Source: Nitrosopumilaceae archaeon (GTDB taxonomy: Archaea > Thermoproteota > Nitrososphaeria > Nitrososphaerales > Nitrosopumilaceae). From it: DNA of 64,000 nt. Positions within the stretch are counted from its first letter, which is position 1. Each line of letters opens with the position of its first letter. The stretch lies in the NCBI GenBank assembly GCA_965200155.1, contig CBDATR010000009.1, forward strand, positions 1-64,000, written 5' to 3'. The notes under the pieces were generated by a model that ran no database searches, was not told the DNA's origin, and saw only the letters and a list, made by a program, of their open reading frames with translations. Below are positions 43,606 through 54,078 of this stretch, piece by piece. A program made the translations under genes and the position numbers.

Positions 43606-44443
43606 TACTGATTGAGTCGGGACTGACACCATCCCCTGTTGCGCATAGTATACCGTCCCCGCTTACAGAGATATCTATGATTCCGGTACTAAACCCTTCC
43701 GGTATGAGTCCCCTGACATAGGTGGAATCCTCACCAAATGTCAGGTTTGGACTATTCGAGGAAACCATGAAAGTGACGCCGCCGGGCGGGGCGGTTACAG
43801 TGTGCAATAGCGGTCCGCCAGGAATAGATGAATGATAGTCTCTGAGAGGTTGGTCCTTATCTCCTTGTTGGGATTTGGTGTCTCAAATATGCCCTCTGCG
43901 GCACGATTCGCTATGGCGACTGATGTGGTATTGGCCGGTTCCTAGCATATAGCACCGTTCTCGCCGGGTCCCACAATCCACAAGCGGGAAACTGTTCCCA
44001 CGCCGGGATGCGTCTCGACTGGTATCTCGTGTATGCTCCCGTCCGGTGTTATAACGGTAATATCGGTGGAAATCTTGCCGGTTAGAATGGTAGAGCCACC
44101 GGTAGAATGTCAAATATGGCGTGAATCGTGCCGGAATATAGTGTGACAGTTTCGGACAAAACTGACTTTGTTCTAACACAAGTCCCCCTGCCGTACCCTA
44201 TGTCGCCGTCGCATTCATCCACTCGTCGTACTCGTATGTTATCCCACTTTCGTGACTACAATTTAGTGCCCGAATACCCGCTTGAACGAGAACACTATTC
44301 TGTGATTATCTAGACCAACCATCCCCTGTTGCCACCTTCCAGATTCGCCGGTTTTCTGCCTTTTTCTCCTCTGACATGAGCTGAATGTGCACTTTTTGGC
44401 TTCTCTCAAGCTGATCCCGGACTGCAATCTATCACGCGCCGCC

Positions 44444-44839
44444 CTTTCCATTAGCGGCGGAATCTAGTCGGACCATAGTGACCTGCACGTCCAGAGTATG
44501 AGAGTACGCTGGATCTTTCCATTAGCGGCGGAATCTAGTCGGACCATAGTGACCTGCACGTCCAGAGTATGAGAGTACGCTGGATCTTTCCATTAGCGGC
44601 GGAATCTAGTCGGACCATAGTGACCTGCACGTCCAGAGTATGAGAGTACGCTGGATCTTTCCATTAGCGGCGGAATCTAGTCTGACCATAGTGACCTGCA
44701 CGTCCAGAGTATGAGAGTACGCTGGATCTTTCCATTAGCGGCGGAATCTAGTCTGACCATAGTAATCTGGTAACTATGGTAGCTTCCCACTTGAACCGCA
44801 ATGTCCATTAGCGGCGGAATCTAGTCTGACCATAGTAAT
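44444..44839. CRISPR. CRISPR-like mini-array: six ~36-bp repeats, a 35-bp spacer x4 and a 37-bp spacer x1; no cas genes in the window
   Basis: Core tccattagcggcggaatctagtc(g/t)gaccatagt at 44447, 44518, 44589, 44660, 44731 and 44804. Confidence 0.55.
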
Positions 44840-45214
44840 GGGCAAAATTTCCATATCCTGGCAAAATTTCATATTATTCCTGGACGCGTATACCCCAGTC
44901 AGCAACATCCTGCAGTACTCATTGCATATTTGTGGTTCTTGGTATGACTTGCCGACATCTGATTGTTTCTCACTTTCATCGGGTAGTTCCAGTACCCTGC
45001 CCACCAGCTCCCTTATGGGGGCCACCATAAGTCTCTAGATCACAAATTCAGCATTTGTCACACAGAATCCCCGTCTTACATACCATAGACTTATGGAACA
45101 TGTTATAGTAACGACGAGTCACCGGTTTGATCATCGGTGACTGCTGCATCTGCTTTCAACATCCACCAGCACTGGTGAATCTCTGTTCCACCTTCAATTT
45201 GTAGCCAATCCATT

Positions 45215-45315
45215 GTATAAGTTCACGTCTTCCGGAATCTTATGCACAAATCACATTAACTAGAACAACCTGTTCCATCAGTTATCCGTAAATTTAGACA
45301 TAGGTGAACTCATAC
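45215..45315. mobile_element. MITE family 1 (101 bp)
   Basis: TSD AATCCATT. Confidence 0.95.
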
Positions 45316-45800
45316 AATCCATTTGCCACGGCTACAAGTTTCCAGTCCGGTGAATCATGGTCCGGGTTTCATCGCGATTGGTACTGGCGAGTCGCCATTA
45401 TTGATATCAAGATCTTGCATACATTGGTATATTGTAGAGTAGTACGGGGTTTGTCCCCGTTCAGCATAACCATAAAAACCAGATAGCTGCCGGTATCTAA
45501 TGCCGTGTACATTGCAGCGGGAACCATCATCCGGGCATCCAAATGGTGCACCCTCCTTGTTGGGCTTTCTAATACCACGAGGGGTCAGGCTCAAATGCGA
45601 GACTCATTCCCTGTAGGACGTACTTGGTGAATACTAGGAATATTCCCGGATATTAATGCTTGAATCTAAGATTGTAACAAAGTGGACGGAAATGAACAAA
45701 TTATTCCTCATAAGTGTGATTTGCCTACATAACTTGACCAAGTTATGCAACAATCTACACACTATAGAGCATTTTTATAAACTCATGACGAACACAACAC

Positions 45801-46091
45801 ATGAAGGATTATGACGCAATAGTGGTATGGACAGACTATTTCAACAGGGCGCTATCCCGTTCCGGTGGGAGGCGGATGGGCCGTGACATGTGCATGCATG
45901 ATCCATCTGTAACAGACCTGTCCGAGGCGGCCAAAAAAGCTGGATTGAAGGTAATTGACACGGCGCCGGATGCCCGGTATCCGCGCCGTCCACATCTGCG
46001 ATCCGGATATATCTCCCTTACAAAAACAACACCCAAGACAAAGGCATTAAGGAGAATAGCCTCCAAGCTGGTAGCTCAAAAAAAGCGATAG
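45801..46091 (+). CDS. srp19: Signal recognition particle protein SRP19
   Basis: IVVWTDYFNRALSRSGGRR..P.V.DL.EAA..GL...ARYPR. Confidence 0.92.
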   Translation: MKDYDAIVVWTDYFNRALSRSGGRRMGRDMCMHDPSVTDLSEAAKKAGLKVIDTAPDARYPRRPHLRSGYISLTKTTPKTKALRRIASKLVAQKKR

Positions 46092-46278
46092 GTAGGTTTA
46101 CTGGCACAATGATATGGGAATATAGAAAGAGGGCGTGGAAAATTGCAACCATGTCCATAACGAACATCATGTCTAAGGCGCCGGTACCATGCTAGAACCA
46201 CAATGTAGTGACTACAAGTCTTAGTAACAAATTCTACATCTGCCACAATTCCTGTCTTGTATTGCGAGTTCCATGACT

Positions 46279-46386
46279 GTAACCGTTTAGTTCACCCCTG
46301 AACGCGAGCATGTCCGTTTTTGCCTTTCTATCATTACCATGCCCGTGGATTTACCGTCTCGGTTTAAACGCGACCTAAAAAGTTAC
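46279..46386. mobile_element. MITE family 2 (IS66-type ends)
   Basis: GTAACCGTTTAG...GACCTAAAAAGTTAC; 8-bp TSD CCATGACT. Confidence 0.9.
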
Positions 46387-46757
46387 CCATGACTCTGTGA
46401 CAGATTTATAAAGCACCAGTACCATAGTAAACCGTACTGAAATGACACATACCGTAACACTCTCACTAAAACCGAGCAAAAAGTCTGCCTTGCCGGTTCA
46501 TAACACGAACCGGTATGAGGAACCACGCTTAACTAGGGACAGAGGAACTGGTTCTCTCCACAGAGTCCATCTGTTAAGAGGCGTCAGTTATGACGCGCCA
46601 AAGTCCAGTCACACCTTATCGGGGCGCCAGTGGGCAAGGACTATGGAGCGCGCCATGTCATTCAAGTATGGCTGACGCCGGTGACAAAGAAAAACAAAGC
46701 TAAAGGTCAAAAAAAACACACAGTATACTTTGTAAACTAATATGACATTGCCATGTT

Positions 46758-46997
46758 ATGAAAGAGACAGGAACAATATTACATGTAGCAAAAAGTGGTA
46801 GAGTTATTATCCGGCTTGCAGGGTCGGCTCCTCATGGTGACATAGTATATGATGCCAAGGGGGCCCGGGTGGCTCGGATACGGGAAATCATAGGTCCAGT
46901 GTCAGCCCCCTATGCATCCGCGGAGATACTCACCAATAACATCAAAAAGTATCTGGGACAGAGCGTTTTATCAAAGATGGAGGGCGCCCGTTCATGA
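46758..46997 (+). CDS. gar1: H/ACA RNP protein Gar1/Naf1
   Basis: GTILHVAKSG..VARI.EIIGPVSAPY; canonical position upstream of tfb. Confidence 0.9.
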   Translation: MKETGTILHVAKSGRVIIRLAGSAPHGDIVYDAKGARVARIREIIGPVSAPYASAEILTNNIKKYLGQSVLSKMEGARS

Positions 46998-47932
46998 TGG
47001 CCAGGGCGCAGTATTGTCGCGAGTGCCGATCACCCCTAGTTGACGACTTTGATAATGGCGAGGTAGTATGCACCCGGTGCGGTATTGTTGTAGCGGATCA
47101 TATGGCATATTCGGGACCGGAGTTTAGTAATAGTGAGAACATGATGACTCGGGCTTCGGGTCAGCTGATTTACTCACAGCATGACTTGGGCATAACCACG
47201 GACATTGACGGCAGGAACACAGACTATGGCGGCAAGCCCATAAAGCACTCCATGGTGTCCAACATAACGCATCTAAGACAGTGGCAGCAACGCATAAGAG
47301 TAAACGGAACCAGGGACAGGCGCACCACAAGTGTACTTACCAAGATAAGCGACTTGTGCAGTACCATGAATCTACCAAAGAACGTATTGGACACCGCCTC
47401 CTTGGAGTATCGCAATCTGGACAGTCGCGTTGATTTGAAGAACAAGTCGGTGGTGGCCATGTCCGCGGCAGTGCTGTACATTGCATGCAAAAAGTGTGGA
47501 GTCATACGCTCCATTGAGGATATGGTAAATGTCATGTGTACGGGCAGGGATGCGCGCACAAAAGTAAAGCTGGCAGGCAGGTACTATCGTACACTGGTAC
47601 TAGCGGTGGGCAGCAAGCACAACACACTCATGCCAATAGAGAAGTACATATCCAAGATATCCAACAACATACGGGGCGAGGTCCGCATGGAGAGGCTAGC
47701 ACTACAGCTTGCCAATAAAACCCAAAACCATGCCATTATGGAAGGCAAGGATCCCAGCGGCGTGGCCGCGGCATACCTGTACATATCGGCCATACTGCTG
47801 GGGCGCGATATAGTACAACAGGACATAGCAGAGGCGGGCAACGTGACCGATGTTACGGTACGCAGCAGGTGTAAGGAGATTCTGGACAAGTATGATATCA
47901 CAATAACAGTAAGACCGTTGGCCCTAAGATAA
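46994..47932 (+). CDS. tfb: Transcription initiation factor IIB (TFB) paralog
   Basis: CREC..GEVVCTRCG zinc ribbon, HDLGITT, LRQWQ.RIR, GKDP.G.AAA.LY, VTDVTVR.R. Confidence 0.95.
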   Translation: MMARAQYCRECRSPLVDDFDNGEVVCTRCGIVVADHMAYSGPEFSNSENMMTRASGQLIYSQHDLGITTDIDGRNTDYGGKPIKHSMVSNITHLRQWQQRIRVNGTRDRRTTSVLTKISDLCSTMNLPKNVLDTASLEYRNLDSRVDLKNKSVVAMSAAVLYIACKKCGVIRSIEDMVNVMCTGRDARTKVKLAGRYYRTLVLAVGSKHNTLMPIEKYISKISNNIRGEVRMERLALQLANKTQNHAIMEGKDPSGVAAAYLYISAILLGRDIVQQDIAEAGNVTDVTVRSRCKEILDKYDITITVRPLALR

Positions 47933-48113
47933 GGGCGGGCAATAATTCTTCATCTTTTTAGGAGGTGTATGGGGGGTACCCCTTGTGTTGCACAAGATAA
48001 ACCAAAATAATACGGAAAAGCTGATCCCCGTATCTGCATTTCTTGGCAGAGTGACTTACACGCAGAGATATAGATCGTGATGAATAAATACAAAGAACTC
48101 ATTCCGATAACAA

Positions 48114-49253
48114 ATGCATAATCTTGCGATTTGTCTGGGTGTACCACTACTTGTTATAGCCGGTTTGGGATTATCCCATGCACAGATGGTGACCCTAGGG
48201 GGCGTCTTTAATACGTCTGGTTGGCCGGATGACGAGAGAAGCCAATACGCCGCAGAGCTGGCCATCGCGGACTTTAACGTGTATTCATCACAGATAGGCT
48301 CGGACATATTCATAGTAATGGTTGCAGAAGATACGGAGGATGATGATTCTATTGCTCTAAGCAAGATTCAGTCCCTTCAAAATCGGGGCATTGATCTGAT
48401 AGTGGGTGTGCCATTCAGTAATTATATCAACGTGTCATACAACTACATACATGACAATAACATGCTGGTCATATCCCATGCAGCCCAGGCTACGGAGCAG
48501 GAGATAGACGATAACATATTCCGGATCCTGCCAAACTCCGGCAAGGAGACACCGGTCCTAAGCTCCGCCATACAGGGTACGGGTATTGATACACTGGTTA
48601 CTATATCCCAGGGTAACCTGTGGGGAAATTCCATAGTGAATGGGATAAATGATACATTTGACGGCGAGGTCATAAAATCCATACAATATACAAATGACAC
48701 AGATTTTTCGCAGGAGATATCTATAATGAATGACGAGGTGGGCAAACTTGTTGAGGAACGGGGGGCAGACCGGATTGGCATACTCTTTATGGGCAGTGAG
48801 GAGGTGATTGCTATAATACAGCAGATGGCACCCTATGAGAGCCTGAATAGTGTAAGATGGTTTGGTACAGACAGACAGGCCGCGCACAAGTATATGCTGG
48901 CCGATCCAGTAACGCTGGGCTTGGCAGAGGCGGCCCAGTTTACGGCAACCACACTCGCCGTACCGGATAATGTCCTGAATCGTGCCGTGGACGAGAGATT
49001 CCTGGAAAAGTATGGCGTCATGCCCAGTACGTATAACTATGCGGCGTATGACGCTGTCTGGCTCTTGTCCTCGACCATACTGCACACACAAAGCACCGAT
49101 GTGGACACGCTGGTGAATGCATTACCGCTTGTGGCATCGCACACTGTGGGCGCCTCCGGGTACTTGGAGCTAAGCGAGGGCGGTGATCTGAATAATGCGG
49201 ATTATCAGGTATGGCAGATAGTGAACGGCGAATGGGTACAGATTCCGCGTTAG
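48114..49253 (+). CDS. ABC transporter substrate-binding protein (LivJ-like)
   Basis: LAIADFN, DNIFRILPN, YAAYDAVW; paralog of 37067..38224. Confidence 0.9.
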   Translation: MHNLAICLGVPLLVIAGLGLSHAQMVTLGGVFNTSGWPDDERSQYAAELAIADFNVYSSQIGSDIFIVMVAEDTEDDDSIALSKIQSLQNRGIDLIVGVPFSNYINVSYNYIHDNNMLVISHAAQATEQEIDDNIFRILPNSGKETPVLSSAIQGTGIDTLVTISQGNLWGNSIVNGINDTFDGEVIKSIQYTNDTDFSQEISIMNDEVGKLVEERGADRIGILFMGSEEVIAIIQQMAPYESLNSVRWFGTDRQAAHKYMLADPVTLGLAEAAQFTATTLAVPDNVLNRAVDERFLEKYGVMPSTYNYAAYDAVWLLSSTILHTQSTDVDTLVNALPLVASHTVGASGYLELSEGGDLNNADYQVWQIVNGEWVQIPR

Positions 49254-49309
49254 CTGGCATGGCGCTTTTTGAAAACCATTCTGGCACAGGATTCCTGAAC
49301 AGTACCGTA

Positions 49310-49490
49310 GTGTGATCTCACCTGTGTATACACGATTAACGGTTGGTAATGTGATCAAGATACAAACTCATTGTCAGAGTGTCTGGGTATGTGATTCCAG
49401 AATTACCCTCTTCTTGGTGGCGACCAAATAACATGGATTCCCAAGAGAACTTGCGACGATCCAAACTTATATTCTATAGAAAGCATTGTG
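49310..49490 (-). pseudogene. Possible IS200 tnpA N-terminal relic
   Basis: LLGIHVIWSPPRR resembles YHIVWCPKYRR. Confidence 0.4.
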
Positions 49491-49499
49491 GTTAATGGG

Positions 49500-50290
49500 G
49501 CAAGTTCTGTCCGCTGATAAATGTATGATTGCAAGGGTCTGGGACAAGGAGTACAGTAATGGAAGGTATGCCGACGACTCCCCGCCGGAATTTGTCCAAT
49601 AATCATGGAATGGTTAGAGCAGAATCCGGAGATTCGCAATTCCAGAGGTCTTTACGCTGGATGCGGGAATGGTCGCAACTATGTGACACTGACTCATTCC
49701 GGACTGGACATTACCGGACTGGATGTGTCCACAGTGGGCCTGGAACAGATAGTAACCAAGGATCCGTCGCTGGCCTCAAAGCTTGTGCAGGGGGACATGA
49801 TTGATCATGCCGGAATGTACGGCTATATCATAGCGATACAGTCATTTCAGCATGAGGATACTACAGGGGTCCATGAATATTTCAGAAAGATTGCCAGTAT
49901 GCTGAGAGCGGGAGGCATGCTCTTTGTGCGTGTGAATGCTGTCAGTACTGATATTAATCACGCCCATGTCATAACGGAGCAGGCAAGCGGGGGCTTTATC
50001 ATTCTGTACAAGAACGGACCCAAGAGCGGATTGCGCATACATTTCTTCTCAAAGGAAGAGTTACTGAGTATGGTCGCGGCTTCCGGCCTTGTGGTGAGAC
50101 ATGTAACGATGGTAACAGCTAATCATACGTATGAGTTCACGTCTTCCGGAATCTTATGCACAAAAGAACCGGTTCTTTAACTGTCGCGATCAGTTGTGCG
50201 TAAATTTAGACACAGGTGAACTCATACAATCATACTGCAGGACGGGGGTCATGGTCCCAGTGGGAGATTGTAGCAAGGCGGGAGGTAATT
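49500..50290 (+). pseudogene. Class I SAM-dependent methyltransferase, disrupted
   Basis: LYAGCGNGRN, TGLDVS, LRAGG; broken 5' end and a MITE in the 3' end. Confidence 0.75.
50129..50227. mobile_element. MITE family 1 (99 bp)
   Basis: TSD AATCATAC. Confidence 0.95.
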
Positions 50291-51187
50291 CCATGACTGT
50301 TCTGGAACGAATAGTCATGGACAATGAACAGTCTGCGCCACTGTCTGACAAGTTATCATTGTATGCACTTTTGCTACAACTGCGACGGCCAAGCTGATAC
50401 GGGCAATAACAGCACTGGGCGCCAGCGTGTTATACGTTCCCATCTCGTAATGGTGATTCCATATCTGACATCACCAATAATCCGCGCGTCACACCGGTAG
50501 AGACTGTCTCAGAAGCGGTGAGTCTGCATCTCTCCCATGCCTACATAATACTGGAGGAGGACATGTGTATAAGCAGGGTTATCCATGATAACACGGCCGC
50601 TTACAAATGGAAGAATACACTCTACACCATAGAGCAGACCACTAGAGGAATTCACAAATTTGGGAAAGCCAGACTTCTGTACCCGGTAGTTAACTTGGCC
50701 GAGACCAATCTCAAGCGCGAGCTGGGGAACTACATGGCCACCCAGGAATTCATACTGTCATTACTTGTAATACGGGAGTCCCTTACCCTATCGGGCAAGA
50801 GTGTCCTGGTACTGGGCATGGCTCAGTGGGTAGCGGCGTATGGGCACTGTGCGCCTCGCATGGGGGTGTCGTTACAGTTGCAGAAGAGGACTCTGCGACA
50901 CGCTGTTGCAGCATCTCGTGGATACAGGACCATTCACGCGCAGGATATTGACACTATCCTTCTATACCAGGATGTGATAATCTCCTGCACGCAGAACAGT
51001 CATGGCGATACCCCGGGGTTGGATCAGATAATGTTAATGAATCATAATTCCATAATAATTAATGCGGGCATTGAGACCGGCGAAATATCTCAGGATGCAC
51101 TGATTCCCGGTACCTACAAGAGGAATGGCGCAACCATTACCAAGAATGATGACAGTTGTGTTCTGTGCAATTTTGAAAAGATGGGCA
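50290..51187 (+). pseudogene. Adenosylhomocysteinase-like NAD-binding protein, frameshifted and truncated by element E4
   Basis: EQTTRG, YPVVNLAET.LK, LSGKSVLVLG, IIINAG..EI. Confidence 0.65.
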
Positions 51188-51227
51188 GTATGAGTTCACG
51201 TGTTTAGATTGGTGTAATGCATTCTAC

Positions 51228-51326
51228 GTATGAGTTCACGTCTTCCGGAATCTTATGCACAAAAGAACCGGTTCTTTAACTGTCGCGATCAGTTATGCGT
51301 AAATTTAGACACAGGTGAACTCATAC
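51228..51326. mobile_element. MITE family 1 (99 bp) nested in E4
   Basis: TSD CATTCTAC. Confidence 0.95.
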
Positions 51327-51691
51327 CATTCTACTACAGAAAGGCCCGGTCTGGACTTTAACTGGCCGGGAATCATTCCCGGAACACGTCCAAGAATGAT
51401 TCAATCCCCCTCAGTAATTTGCGCGGACGACCCGCAACGATTCAGGGATGATCCGGGCGTCCTGATAGCGCCCAGGTGCGGATACACACCATTCTGTGAC
51501 TCATTCCATGGTAGCCATCCATATGAACTACTTACATCATCCAAATCCAGCCACTATTCTCTACTATTCCACATGTACCATGAATTGTTCCCAGGCATAA
51601 TCGGCCCTGGAATGGTCGCCCCTTTATTTACCGCACCCAATTGGAATCATTCCCGCTCACTACTGCCGCACATTCTAGCTGGCATTAATTC

Positions 51692-51783
51692 GTATGAGTT
51701 CACGTCTTCCGGAATCTTGTGCACAAATCACATTAACTGTCGCGATCAGTTGTGCGTAAATTTAGACACAGGTGAACTCATAC
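51692..51783. mobile_element. MITE family 1 (92 bp) nested in E4
   Basis: TSD ATTAATTC; empty site at ~21205 in E2. Confidence 0.97.
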
Positions 51784-51845
51784 ATTAATTCCGTTATGTG
51801 TACTCTGTCGGGACAGGATATACGCCAGCCTTACTGTCTTTTGGC

Positions 51846-52168
51846 GATTGGACGGCTAGAACAGACCCGTGGCTATGCCGCCCCATGGTTGGACGGCTAG
51901 AACAGACCCGTGGCTATGCCGCCCCATGGTTGGACGGCTAGAACAGACCCGTGGCTATGCCGCCCCATGGTTGGACGGCTAGAACAGACCCGTGGCTATG
52001 CCGCCCCATGGTTGGACGGCTAGAACAGACCCGTGGCTATGCCGCCCCATGGTTGGGCGGCTAGAACAGACCCGTGGCTATGCCGCCCCATGGTTGGGCG
52101 GCTAGAACAGACCCGTGGCTATGCCGCCCCATGGTTGGGCGGCTAGAACAATTTCGTGGCTATGCCGC
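51846..52168. repeat. Tandem 41-bp repeat, ~8 copies
   Basis: Unit ggttggacggctagaacagacccgtggctatgccgccccat. Confidence 0.95.
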
Positions 52169-52227
52169 ACTCTCATACAAGCCGGGTTGGCATCTGAACG
52201 CGTGAGACAACTTAAACTGAGAAAAAA

Positions 52228-54025
52228 TTAACTGGTGATGGTAAAGGTTACAGTGTTGGACATGGTATGAGTTCCTGAGGGTCCAGGGGTTCTCACAAAT
52301 GCCGTATATGTGTCAGCATCTAAGTCTTCGAGGGTATAGGAGTTAGTTGATACGCGTGCTGCTCCGCCAGTAATGACTCGGTCTCTGTCCCCATCAAATA
52401 CCACCACGATATAGGTAGTATCTGCCAAGTCGTTCCAGCTTAGAGTAACATCATTGCCACTTATGGTTCTACTTAGTGTTAAAGATGTCTGATCGTCAGG
52501 TGATGTCTGATCTTCACTGCTACTAGATGATGTAGTGAACTTTAGGGTTCCCAGAATTCCAGCGGGAACACAGTCTGTAGACACAATTATGGTGTATTCA
52601 GTATCAGGTGAGAGGCCCGTAATTGTTAGAGGGTTTGATGTGAACACATGTAAATCAGCACTTGAAGGCCCGGAAGAGGTTTGGAAGATATCGGCGATTG
52701 TACAGGCTATGCTCTTTGCGTCATAGTCCTCTGAGGCGACCTCTATAGTTACAGAGGTGCTATTTTTAGTTTTGATTTGGGGTGGATCAATACCAGGATC
52801 ACTTACGGTAAGTACAAATTCATCACGTATGATGTCGCTGCCAGCAGTTGCTTTGACACGTAGAGTGTATTCTCCTGCTGCTGTTCTATCAGGCTCCAAA
52901 AGTAGGATACCACCGGATATTCCTGCAGATCCAGGTAATGTCTTGTCGTTCAGGACCTTTAAATTATATTTGATGTCCCTATCATTATAATCATTTGCAT
53001 TTAGCTTTATGTAACGTGTTGTACCCTCGTCCATGGTAATGTCTGGTATAGTATTAGTGAATCTGAGGATGGAATCAGTATTGACATCGAAGGTTTCTAA
53101 ACTTACACCTTTGCATTCGTTGACCACACTGATGGTGTAATCAGTATTAGGTAAGAGGTTTGTGATTGTCATGTTACCATGAATAGTCAGAGATTCGGTC
53201 TGCATAAGCTTCCATGGGGAAGATTCAAAGACATCAGCTACTACACAAAGAGGTGAGTCTTTATAATTTGTTGGTTCAGTTCCAGGTACTTCGATAGTTA
53301 TAGAATTTGGCGTTCTTTCTGAGATACTAGGTGGATCTATAACGTCGTCATTTACGGTAAGTACAAAGTCCTCATGTATGGGATCGCTACCACTAGTTGC
53401 TGTGACACGCAGTGAATATTGTCCACTATCGGTTCTGCCAGGAAGCAAAACAATGTGGTCTGTAATTGCACCGTCAGAAGATATGGGAGCTATGTATGCA
53501 AATCCGGGTGCAGCTGTGCCGTCCTGTTTGGTTATTGCATATGTGACAGAATCACTCGCAGGGGTTACACTGAGTGGTATGGTTTTCTTCTCGGCCTCAT
53601 TCATGGTAATGTCTGGTATAGTATTAATGGAACTAGGGGGAGGGACTTTTGTCTTAAAGAATACAAGGTTGGACTTGACAAAGCCGTCTCCAATGGTTCT
53701 GACAAATACGCTATATTGGGTGTCAGGAGTCAGTCCGGTAATATCATATGTGTCTCCTGAAGTGCGTGTTACCCCACCGGGAATTCTTTCTATATATCCA
53801 TCACGTAACGACACGACATATTCGGTATCGCCTGGGTACTGGTGCCATGTAACTGTGGCACTAGTGGAGGTGGTGTCAGATACATATATTATGATAGACT
53901 CGATTGTTTGAGCAAACGCAAGATCAGTGGCCGGTACTAATACTAGTAAAAGTGCAAGGAGGAGACCCCCCCCCCCCGATTAAAGCTTTAAGTACGATAT
54001 TGTTACGGTTAGTAGATTGTAACAT
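52228..54025 (-). CDS. FN3/cadherin-like surface protein (copy 2), frameshifted only at a G12 tract
   Basis: ATG at 54025; 12 C at 53966-53977 versus 11 C at 23308-23318; the frame is open from the tract to the stop. Confidence 0.88.
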
Positions 54026-54078
54026 TTTGATAAAATATGGTCTACAATAATATAACTATTGTCATCACATTAGTTTGT

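Larger units (their letters stand above)
44200..45600 (-). pseudogene. IS5-family transposase pseudogene
   Basis: KEGAPF, VLVDVES, VTDDQTGDS, LLTGVYASR (DGAY-like), VRDQL, IVFSFKRVFG; split by the repeat array and a MITE. Confidence 0.75.
51188..54025. mobile_element. Element family E, copy E4 with FN3 cargo (right end not seen)
   Basis: Left end GTATGAGTTCACGTGTTTAG; 51535-52230 is colinear with 21000-21560. Confidence 0.75.
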
